This document shows positions 54,406-62,535 of a DNA stretch of 64,000 nt, piece after piece; position 1 is the first letter of the stretch, and every line of letters starts with the position of its first letter. This DNA comes from Dongiaceae bacterium (GTDB taxonomy: Bacteria; Pseudomonadota; Alphaproteobacteria; Dongiales; Dongiaceae). A program made the translations under genes and the position numbers. The stretch covers positions 52,667 through 116,666 of the forward strand of contig JBBDMS010000021.1 in NCBI GenBank assembly GCA_040878185.1. Direction: 5' to 3'. Under the pieces are notes generated by a model, which saw only the letters and a program-made list of their open reading frames with translations, was not told the DNA's origin and did no database searches.

Positions 54406-55697
54406 CCGTCGACCATATCGACAGCTATTACGCCCGTACCCGTACACTTGGGGCCGACCGCCCGCCGCTCGAGGGCGACCGTGAAACCGATATCGCTATC
54501 ATTGGCGGGGGACTGGCGGGCCTGTCGGCGGCGCTGAGCCTCATCGAGCGCGGCCACAAGAACGTGACGGTGATCGAGGCGCGCAAGGTCGGCTGGGGCG
54601 CTTCGGGCCGCAACGGCGGGTTCGTCTCGCCCGGCTTTGCCAAGGGCATGAATGCCCTGATCAGAAGCGTGGGCCGCGACAAGGCGCTCGCCCTTTATGG
54701 GCTCACCCGCGATGCGATCGCCCTCGTGCGCCGCCGCGTCGACCGCTATGCCATCCCCTGCGAGCCGGTCGATACCGGCATGATCCAGGGCTGGTGGACC
54801 GACGATGCCGAAGGCGCAAAGCACGACCGCGAAGAACTGAATCGCGTGCTCGGTGAAACCTGGGAGTTCTGGCCGCGCGAGCGGATGCGCGAAGCCCTCG
54901 TCACGCACCGTTACTATGACGGACTCTTTCGCAAGGAAGGCTTTCACTTCCACTGTCTCAACTATGCGCGCGGCGTTGCACAGGCGATCGAGGCCGGCGG
55001 CGGCCGCATCTTCGAGCAAACGCCGGCGCGCCGCATCGAGCGGGACAACAAAGGCTGGTCGATCCAGACCGAAGACGGCCGGCTGCGGGCGCGTCAGGCC
55101 ATCGTCGCTTGCGGCGGTTACATTCGGGATCTGCATCCGGCGATGTCGGCGGCGATCCAGCCGGTCGCAACTTATGTGATCGCGACCGAACCGCTCGGCG
55201 AGCGGCTCAAAACGGCGATCCGCGGCAACTGGATGATCGCGGATTCGCGCTTCGATTTCGACTATTACCGCGCGCTACCCGATACGCGCATCCTGTTCGG
55301 CGGTGGTATCGCGATCTGGGGCGAGAATCCGCCCGGCATGCGCGCGCGCATGCGGCGGCGGTTGCTCGCGGTCTATCCGCAACTGGCCGACGTCAAAATC
55401 GAAACCGCCTGGGGCGGCACGATGGGCTATCCGATCCACAAGATGCCGATGGTCGGCGAGGCGGAGCCCGGTCTCTGGTACACGCTCGGCTATGGCGGGC
55501 ACGGCATGGGCACGACCGCCATGACCGGCGAACTGGTCGCCGGCGCGATCGCCGAGCGCGACGACCGTTACAGGATGCTCGCCTCGTTCTCGCTGCGCGG
55601 CGCCGGCGGTAAGCTCGGCCTGCTCGGCGCGCAGGCGCTCTACTGGTACTATCAGGGCCGCGACCGCCTCAGCGATCGAGGACCAGCTCGCGCCTGA
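54402..55697 (+). CDS. FAD-dependent oxidoreductase (DAO family, PuuB/gamma-glutamylputrescine-oxidase-like)
   Basis: IAIIGGGLAGLSAAL, GASGRNGG. 4-nt overlap with the upstream gene. Confidence 0.75.
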   Translation: MTVDHIDSYYARTRTLGADRPPLEGDRETDIAIIGGGLAGLSAALSLIERGHKNVTVIEARKVGWGASGRNGGFVSPGFAKGMNALIRSVGRDKALALYGLTRDAIALVRRRVDRYAIPCEPVDTGMIQGWWTDDAEGAKHDREELNRVLGETWEFWPRERMREALVTHRYYDGLFRKEGFHFHCLNYARGVAQAIEAGGGRIFEQTPARRIERDNKGWSIQTEDGRLRARQAIVACGGYIRDLHPAMSAAIQPVATYVIATEPLGERLKTAIRGNWMIADSRFDFDYYRALPDTRILFGGGIAIWGENPPGMRARMRRRLLAVYPQLADVKIETAWGGTMGYPIHKMPMVGEAEPGLWYTLGYGGHGMGTTAMTGELVAGAIAERDDRYRMLASFSLRGAGGKLGLLGAQALYWYYQGRDRLSDRGPARA

Positions 55698-57729
55698 ACG
55701 CCACCTCGCCGTCGCGCGGCGCATCGAGCTCGCGCGCATAGCGGTGTCCGGCGTAGACGGCGGCGGCAATCGTCGCCGGCGCAAGACAGTCGCCGATCGC
55801 CGTCACCGATTTGATCCCCGCCCGCCCGAGCGCCGCCTGATCGGCATTCAACGCAAGCGCCAGCAATTCATCCGGCAGCCGCATGGTGACGCTGACAAGC
55901 GACGCGCAGGCGCGCTCGGTTCGTTTTCCCGTATAGATACATTGCAGCACGGCCTGGCCGCCCGCAAATCCGACGAGATTGTGTTTGCATACCAGCTCGA
56001 CGCCGATTTTCATCAGGCGCTTCTGGATATGCTCCATCTCGAGCGTGTTTCGCGTCCAGCTCGAGGCGACGTCGGCCGGCGTCACCAGCGTGACCTCGCG
56101 GCCGGCCGCGCGAATTTTTTCGGCCAGAACACCGCCCATGTAATAATGGTCGTCGTCGAACACGATGACCGGCCCTTCCGGAAGCATGCCCGCCATGATG
56201 TCGTCGGGCGTATGGACATTCGCCTCGTCCAGTCCCGCGATCGGAAAGCGGTTGGCACGACCGATCCCGTCGCGGCGCCAGTGTGACCCGGTCGCGACGA
56301 CGACGCGGTCGGCGCCGAATTCGAGTACGTTCTCCGGCGTCAGACGGCTGTCGAGATAGATGTCGACCTGCGGATACTTATGAAGCTGCTGGATCCGCCA
56401 GTCGCGCACCCGCGCCCATTCCGACAGACCGGGAAGCCGGGACTCGCGCGAGACGCGGCCGCCGAGCTCTTTCCCCGCTTCGGCGAGGATGACCTTGTAG
56501 CCGCGCTGGCCCAGCGCCCGCGCCGCTTCGAGCCCGGACGGTCCGCCGCCGACCACCAGAACGCTGTCGCCCGATTGCTTCGCCGGAATGATCTCCGGGT
56601 GCCAGCCCTTGCGCCATTCCTCGCCCATCGTCGGGTTCTGCGTGCACCGCATATGGGTGATGGTAAAATCGCCCGAGACACACATGTTGCAGCCGATGCA
56701 CTCGCGGATATCCTCGAGACGACCCTCCTCGATCTTCACCGGCAGGAACGGATCGGCAATCGACGGGCGCGCCGCGCCGATCATGTCCATCACGCCCTTG
56801 CGGATCAGCGACACCATCGTATCCGGCGAGGTGAACCGCCCGACACCGACCACCGGCTTGGTCGTGAGTTTCTTGACGAACTCGATATAGGGAAGCTGGC
56901 AACCTTCCTTCTCGAACCGGGAGGTCGTGGAATCGTTGTACCAGGCGCTGACATTCACATCCCAGAGATCAGGCAGTTCCGCCAGCATCTCGACCACCTC
57001 GCGGCCTTCGACCGCGCTGGTGATGCCATGTTCGCCCAGCAGTTCCTCGACTGCAAAGCGCACGACGACGCCACATGTATCGCCGACGGCGTCCTTTGTG
57101 TCCTCGATCACCTCGCGGAACAGCCGCACCCGGTTCTCGAGACTGCCGCCATATTCGTCGGTACGGAAGTTTCGCCAGCGCTGAATGAAATGCATCGGCA
57201 GCGACAGGTCGTGCCCGGCATAGACATAGATGAGATCAAAGCCGGCGCGCTTCGCCCGTAGCGCCGCCTCGCGATGCCAGCGGCGATAGTCGCGGATATC
57301 CTGCCGGTCCATCGCGCGTGCCTGATAGGGCCAGTAACCGGCAAGCGGCTGATGCGAAGGCGCGATCGCGACCTCGCGGCTGTAGCTGTTGCTGGAGGTC
57401 GGGCCGTTATGGACGAGCTCGATGCCGGCGAGCGAGCCGTGCCGGTGCACCTGATCGGCCATCATGGCGAGCGCCGGGATATCGTCGTCGTCCCAGAGCC
57501 GGGCTTCGCGATAGGGCGACACATCGCCGCTCGGATGGATTTCGCATTCCTCGGTGCAGACCACGGCCCAGCCGCCCTCGGCCTTGATGCCGCGCATCGC
57601 CGACATCGCGCGCGGCTGGTCGGTGCCCATGCCGTTGCAATGCGGAACCTGATAGAAGCGGTTCCGAGCCGTTACCGGTCCGATCCGGACCGGTTCGAAA
57701 AGAATGTCGTAGCGCGGATCGCGTGCCAT
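55669..57729 (-). CDS. trimethylamine/dimethylamine/histamine-dehydrogenase-family FMN + [4Fe-4S] + ADP-binding flavoprotein
   Basis: ARDPRYDILFEPVRIGPVTARNRFYQVPHCNG (the Cys aligns with the 6-S-cysteinyl-FMN site of TMADH). Cluster motif CIGCNMC-x11-C. VLVVGGGPSGLEAA. Confidence 0.8.
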   Translation of the reverse strand: MARDPRYDILFEPVRIGPVTARNRFYQVPHCNGMGTDQPRAMSAMRGIKAEGGWAVVCTEECEIHPSGDVSPYREARLWDDDDIPALAMMADQVHRHGSLAGIELVHNGPTSSNSYSREVAIAPSHQPLAGYWPYQARAMDRQDIRDYRRWHREAALRAKRAGFDLIYVYAGHDLSLPMHFIQRWRNFRTDEYGGSLENRVRLFREVIEDTKDAVGDTCGVVVRFAVEELLGEHGITSAVEGREVVEMLAELPDLWDVNVSAWYNDSTTSRFEKEGCQLPYIEFVKKLTTKPVVGVGRFTSPDTMVSLIRKGVMDMIGAARPSIADPFLPVKIEEGRLEDIRECIGCNMCVSGDFTITHMRCTQNPTMGEEWRKGWHPEIIPAKQSGDSVLVVGGGPSGLEAARALGQRGYKVILAEAGKELGGRVSRESRLPGLSEWARVRDWRIQQLHKYPQVDIYLDSRLTPENVLEFGADRVVVATGSHWRRDGIGRANRFPIAGLDEANVHTPDDIMAGMLPEGPVIVFDDDHYYMGGVLAEKIRAAGREVTLVTPADVASSWTRNTLEMEHIQKRLMKIGVELVCKHNLVGFAGGQAVLQCIYTGKRTERACASLVSVTMRLPDELLALALNADQAALGRAGIKSVTAIGDCLAPATIAAAVYAGHRYARELDAPRDGEVAFRRELVLDR

Positions 57730-57767
57730 CGATCTCCCCCTGACGCTAATGCCGCGCTACTGTAGGG

Positions 57768-58445
57768 ATGACCATGCGCACTCACAAGACGATGCGGCTT
57801 TTCGGAATCGGGGCGCTCGCTGTTGCGATTTTGCTGGCGATGGAGAACGCCCGGGCAGCCGATGACGACGCGGCACTGGCCGCTGCGCGCGCGGCATCCG
57901 ATGCTGTGATCGTCGTGAAGGAACAATACGAGGCAACCAGCGCGTTCAGCGGCACCGAGCGGCAACAGGACTTGCCCTATATCGCACAGCCTTTCGCCGA
58001 CCTCGCCGCCCGCCTGTTGGGACTTGCCGGTATTGCTGTCACTTCGAGCGCCGACGGTGGCATGACGATGACGATCGATGCGACGGGGCGCACGGAGGCG
58101 GTGCTGTACGACACGTCGATCGATGGAACCCGGATCCGCGATACGACCTATCGGTCCGCCATCGTGAGCGGGACGATCCGGATCGAAACGACCGGCGGCA
58201 CGATCGAGCGATCCTTCACCGGCACGATCCCCGCCCCCTTCGATTTCATGGTGACGTTCGGCTACGACCCTTATCGCGATCCGAACAACGCACCGTTCCG
58301 CGAGGCGTTCGAGGCGGATGACGGCTATGCCGAGGCGATCGCGCGACTGCTCGGCGAGATCTATGGGCCGGAACTGCTGGACCGGGCCGCCGGCGACCGC
58401 GATCCGCTGATCCGGCGTGCCGCGGAACTGGCGCTCAGCGACTGA
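57768..58445 (+). CDS. secreted hypothetical protein with a C-terminal HEAT-like repeat
   Basis: Signal peptide LFGIGALAVAILLAMENARA. C-terminal DRDPLIRRAAELAL. Confidence 0.5.
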   Translation: MTMRTHKTMRLFGIGALAVAILLAMENARAADDDAALAAARAASDAVIVVKEQYEATSAFSGTERQQDLPYIAQPFADLAARLLGLAGIAVTSSADGGMTMTIDATGRTEAVLYDTSIDGTRIRDTTYRSAIVSGTIRIETTGGTIERSFTGTIPAPFDFMVTFGYDPYRDPNNAPFREAFEADDGYAEAIARLLGEIYGPELLDRAAGDRDPLIRRAAELALSD

Positions 58446-58474
58446 GCGCCCCGCAACGGCGGTCGTTGCCCGGG

Positions 58475-60538
58475 TTACTCGGCGGCGCTCGGCCGCTGGA
58501 ACACCGGCTCGACCAGCGCAAGCTCTTCGAGCGGGATATGGCAGAGAATGCGATGACCCTTGGCGTCCCGGCGTTCGGGCGGCGGCACGTTGTCGCAAAT
58601 TTCGCCGAGATGGCGCGGACAGCGGGTCGAGAACGGACAACCGAGCGGCACGTTCGTCGGGCTCGGAATGGAGCCCTCGAGCACGATGCGCTTCTGCTGC
58701 AGATCGGGATCGGCGACGGGCACCGCCGAGAGCAGCGCCTCGGTATAGGGATGATAGGGCGGCGAAAATACTTCCTCGACCGTTCCGAATTCGACAATGC
58801 GGCCGAGATACATGACCGCCACGCGGTCGGCGAGATAACGCACCACCGACAAATCGTGCGAAATGAAAACCAGCGTCGCCTGGCGTCCCGCCTGAATTTC
58901 GAGCAGCAGGTTGATGATCGCGGCTTGAACCGACACGTCGAGCGCCGAGACCGGTTCGTCGGCGACGATCAGATCGGGATCGCCGGCCAGTGCGCGCGCA
59001 ATGGCAACGCGCTGCTTCTGACCGCCGGAAAGCTGGCGCGGCTTGCGGCCGACGAAGTCGGGCGGAAGCTGCACGGTCGCCATCAGATCGCGGGTCTGCT
59101 GCCGCAGTTTCGAGCCGCCGATCCGCTTCAACCGTCGGATCGTGCGACCGACCGTATAGCCCACCGAATGGGACGGATTGAGCGTACTGTCGGGATTCTG
59201 AAATACCATCTGCAGCTTGCGCTTGATCTCGCGCGGCCGCCGCTCGACCGCGGTCATCCCGATATCGACGCTATCGAGCTTGACGGTCCCGTCGGTGGCC
59301 AGCTCGAGACCCGTCAGCACCTTGGCGAATGTCGACTTGCCGCAACCGGATTCCCCAACGATCGCCAACGTCATGCCGCGGGTCGCGTCCATCGTGATGT
59401 CGTTGCAGGCCTTCACGTCGTAGCCACGCGCGCCGAACATGCCCGATGTCTGGTGATAGAACTTCTTCATACTCTCGACTTCGAGCACCGGCTCGTTCGA
59501 CATGACCGCATCGGCAGCCGCGACCGACCCGGTCGGGCGCCGATGCCGCGGCAGCTCTTCGCTGCGTACGCACTGGACCCGATGCGGCGTTGCGTCCGGC
59601 ACCTCGAAAGTCGGAATGCGATCCGTCGTGCAGCGCCCGATCTCCACGTACTCGCAGCGCGGCGCGAAGATACAACCCCGCGGCCGGTTCAATGCCGGCG
59701 GCACCTGACCCGGAATCGGAACCAGCGGCGCCGAATGCTTATCGCTGCCGAGCACCGGAATGCAGTTGAGCAGCCCGCGCGTATAGGGATGGCGCGGGTT
59801 GCGGAACACCGTGCCGATTTCGCCTTCCTCGATCAGTTCGCCCGAATACATGACACCGATCCGGTCGCAGATCCGAACCACGGTACCGAGATTGTGGCTA
59901 ATGAACACGATCGCCGAATTATGCTTGCGCCGCAGATTGCGAACGAGATCGAGCACCGCCGCTTCGACTGTCACATCGAGACCGGTCGTCGGCTCGTCCA
60001 TGATCAGCAGCGACGGCTCCGCCATCAGGGCCATCGCGATTACGACACGCTGCTGCTGGCCGCCTGAAATCTGATGGGGGTAGCGGTCGAACACCGCCTC
60101 CGGATCGGGCAGGTTCACTTCGCCAAGCATCTGCAGCGCCCGTTCGCGCGCTTCCTTTTCGCCGGCGCCGCGATGGATGATCGGCACTTCCATGAGCTGC
60201 TTGCCGATCGTCAGCACCGGATTGAGGCTGGACATCGGGTCCTGATAGACCATGGCCATCTTGCCGCCGCGGATCTTGCGCAGCTCCTGCGGGCTCATTG
60301 TGGCCATGTCCCGGCCTTCGAACAGGATTCGGCCGCCGGTAATCCGTCCCGCGCCACCCAGATAGCTCATGATCGAAAATGCCACAGTCGACTTGCCGCA
60401 ACCGGATTCGCCGACCAGCCCGATCGCCTCGCCCTGCTCCAGCGCAAAGCTGATCCCGGGGACGACGTTGATCTCGCCCGCGCGGGTAAAATAGGAAATG
60501 CGAACGTTATCGAGCTCCAGAACCGGTGTCGCCATCAT
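58475..60538 (-). CDS. peptide/nickel-type ABC transporter ATP-binding protein, duplicated NBD (DppD-DppF fusion)
   Basis: Two Walker A motifs GESGCGKST. Signatures ISGGQQQRV and LSGGQKQRV. C-terminal oligopeptide-type extensions. Confidence 0.9.
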   Translation of the reverse strand: MMATPVLELDNVRISYFTRAGEINVVPGISFALEQGEAIGLVGESGCGKSTVAFSIMSYLGGAGRITGGRILFEGRDMATMSPQELRKIRGGKMAMVYQDPMSSLNPVLTIGKQLMEVPIIHRGAGEKEARERALQMLGEVNLPDPEAVFDRYPHQISGGQQQRVVIAMALMAEPSLLIMDEPTTGLDVTVEAAVLDLVRNLRRKHNSAIVFISHNLGTVVRICDRIGVMYSGELIEEGEIGTVFRNPRHPYTRGLLNCIPVLGSDKHSAPLVPIPGQVPPALNRPRGCIFAPRCEYVEIGRCTTDRIPTFEVPDATPHRVQCVRSEELPRHRRPTGSVAAADAVMSNEPVLEVESMKKFYHQTSGMFGARGYDVKACNDITMDATRGMTLAIVGESGCGKSTFAKVLTGLELATDGTVKLDSVDIGMTAVERRPREIKRKLQMVFQNPDSTLNPSHSVGYTVGRTIRRLKRIGGSKLRQQTRDLMATVQLPPDFVGRKPRQLSGGQKQRVAIARALAGDPDLIVADEPVSALDVSVQAAIINLLLEIQAGRQATLVFISHDLSVVRYLADRVAVMYLGRIVEFGTVEEVFSPPYHPYTEALLSAVPVADPDLQQKRIVLEGSIPSPTNVPLGCPFSTRCPRHLGEICDNVPPPERRDAKGHRILCHIPLEELALVEPVFQRPSAAE

Positions 60539-60547
60539 GTCTCCCTT

Positions 60548-60595
60548 CTACTTGAACAACCCGATCCCGCGCATACCATCCGCGAAAAAACCGAT
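60548..60595 (-). repeat. 48-bp in-frame tandem copy of the permease 3' end, including its own stop codon (vestigial terminus)
   Basis: Immediately after the permease TAG (60596-60598), the same frame reads IGFFADGMRGIGLFK-TAG. The live terminus reads FNFLADGMREIGLRD-TAG. The best-aligned 32-nt core is 28/32 identical. The vestigial stop is followed by AAGGGAG and the ATPase ATG. Confidence 0.7.
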
Positions 60596-61465
60596 CTAGT
60601 CGCGCAAGCCGATCTCGCGCATGCCATCCGCGAGAAAGTTGAACCCGATAACCAATGAGGATATCGCAATGCAAGGAAATATCGCCATGTGCGGGTACGA
60701 GGAAAGCAGGGCATAGCCCTGATTGACCATGCCGCCCCAGTCCGGGGTGGGTGGCGGCAGCCCCAGCCCGAGAAAGCCCAGGACGCCGATCTGGATGATC
60801 GTATAGCCGGTTCTCAGGCACAAATCGACAATAAGGGGACCCCGGGCGTTCGGTAGAATCTCCACAACCATGATGTAAAGGGCGCCCTCGCCGCGCATCT
60901 TCGCGGCCGCGACGAAATCCCGCTCGCGGAGTTCGAGCGTGATGCCACGGACCAGCCGCGCGACCTGAGGCGCCGCAATCAGGGTGACCGCGATGATCAC
61001 GTTGGTGACCGACGGGCCGAACAATGTGATGATGATGATGAACAGCACGATCGGCGGGATCGAGAGGATGATGTTCGTGATCCGGCTCATCATTACGTCG
61101 ACCCAGCCGATATAGTAGCCGGCCAGAAGGCCGAGCGTGCAGCCGACGAAATAGGCGACGGCGACCGCGAGCGGCGCGACGATGAGAACCGTGCGAGAGC
61201 CCCAGATGATGCGCGAAAGCACGTCGCGGCCGCTGCTGTCGAGTCCCAGCCAGTGTTGGGCCGACGGATCGAGGAACGCCAACATCTCGTAATGGGTTTC
61301 GTTCGGGTCGTAGGGCGAAAGAATCGGCGCGAAGATCGCGACCACAATCCAGAACAGGATGATGAACGCGCCGATCATGCCCACCGGCGATTCGCGCAGC
61401 AGCGAAATCCGATGAACCCAGGCGGAGAACGCCGATCCGGCGGCCCTCGATGTGGTTGCCGTCAT
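60596..61465 (-). CDS. ABC transporter permease (DppC/OppC-like)
   Basis: Binding-protein-dependent transport signature AAKMRGEGALYIMVVEILPNARGPL. Confidence 0.85.
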   Translation of the reverse strand: MTATTSRAAGSAFSAWVHRISLLRESPVGMIGAFIILFWIVVAIFAPILSPYDPNETHYEMLAFLDPSAQHWLGLDSSGRDVLSRIIWGSRTVLIVAPLAVAVAYFVGCTLGLLAGYYIGWVDVMMSRITNIILSIPPIVLFIIIITLFGPSVTNVIIAVTLIAAPQVARLVRGITLELRERDFVAAAKMRGEGALYIMVVEILPNARGPLIVDLCLRTGYTIIQIGVLGFLGLGLPPPTPDWGGMVNQGYALLSSYPHMAIFPCIAISSLVIGFNFLADGMREIGLRD

Positions 61466-61472
61466 CGATGCC

Positions 61473-62414
61473 TCATTTGAAACGGATCCGCGGATTGAGA
61501 ATCATGTAGCCGAGATCGCCAACCACCTGCGTTGCGACCGCCACGAACACCGCGATCAGCGCGCCGGCCTCGATGACCGCATAATCTTTCGTCAGCGCCG
61601 CCTCGAGGATCATCCGGCCGAACCCCGGATAGGCGAACACGATCTCGACGACGACGAGGCTTGTGATCAGAAAATTGATCTGAAGCAGGAAGACGGTCAC
61701 CGGCGTGATCATCGCGTTGCGGAACGCGTGTTTCCAGATGACAGACCGGAAATCCAGGCCCTTCAGGATCGCGGTCCGGATATAGGGTCTGGTCATCACT
61801 TCGACCATCGACGCGCGCACCATACGCACCAGGTAGCCGACGTAGTAGAGCAGCACCACCGAGACCGGCAGCACATACTGGGTCCAGATCGGCCAGCCGC
61901 CTGCGGTCGACAGGGTCGAGGTGCCGGGCAGCCAGCCGAGCAGGATCACGAAGATTGTGGCGAGGAACACACCCGAGGCGAATTCCGGGATCGAGGTGGT
62001 GGCGATCGAGACAACCGAAATCGTCCGATCGAGCTTGCCGCCCTCGCGCATGCCGGCGAGTACGCCAAGCAGGGTTGAGAGCGGGACCATGATGACGAAG
62101 GCAATCGCGGCGAGCCGCAACGTGCTGCCCAGCCGGTCCCAGATGATATCGGAAACCGGCACCTTGAACGTCGTGGAGAAACCAAGATCGCCGGTCAGGA
62201 GCTGGCCGACCCACTCGAAATAGCGAATCCAGACTGGTCGGTTGAGGCCGAGCTCTTCGGTCAGCAGAGCAACCTGCTCGACGGTGGCAAAGGGTCCCAG
62301 GATCTTCCGCGCGACGTCGCCCGGCGTGAACTCAAGCAGAAGGAAGATGATGACCGAGACGGCCACCATCGTTATCAGCAGATCAAGCAATCGCTTCGCA
62401 AAGAACCGCAGCAT
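61473..62414 (-). CDS. ABC transporter permease (DppB/OppB-like)
   Basis: MLRFFAKRLLDLLITMVAVSVIIF N-terminus and RTAILKGLDFRSVIWKHAFRNA EAA loop. Confidence 0.85.
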   Translation of the reverse strand: MLRFFAKRLLDLLITMVAVSVIIFLLLEFTPGDVARKILGPFATVEQVALLTEELGLNRPVWIRYFEWVGQLLTGDLGFSTTFKVPVSDIIWDRLGSTLRLAAIAFVIMVPLSTLLGVLAGMREGGKLDRTISVVSIATTSIPEFASGVFLATIFVILLGWLPGTSTLSTAGGWPIWTQYVLPVSVVLLYYVGYLVRMVRASMVEVMTRPYIRTAILKGLDFRSVIWKHAFRNAMITPVTVFLLQINFLITSLVVVEIVFAYPGFGRMILEAALTKDYAVIEAGALIAVFVAVATQVVGDLGYMILNPRIRFK

Positions 62415-62535
62415 GGCCGCCGCTCGTCCCCCAGACGTTATCGTTCTTACGGAGAAGCGGCAGAGGGCGGGCGCCGCTCCCCGGAAGCACCCGCCCTCGG
62501 CATAGAGATATGGTCCTTATACGGACCTTGTAACC

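Noticed and set aside
55669-55697. 29-nt tail-to-tail overlap of the FAD oxidase and TMADH-family genes, considered as a possible frameshift or mis-assembly
   Set aside because: Both reading frames end in plausible C-termini. Convergent 3' overlaps of this size occur naturally, and there is no evidence of disruption.
58466-60067. 533-aa plus ORF opposite the double-NBD ABC ATPase gene. Similar shadows: 49420-50841, 53290-54447, 54147-55136, 62581-63579, 62588-63631, 34153-35205, 34275-35315, 35403-36566, 31795-33009, 23036-24358, 16525-17772, 11773-12912, 8052-9206
   Set aside because: Each overlaps a gene with unambiguous family motifs on the other strand or frame. All have R/G/A/P/D-biased composition without motifs.
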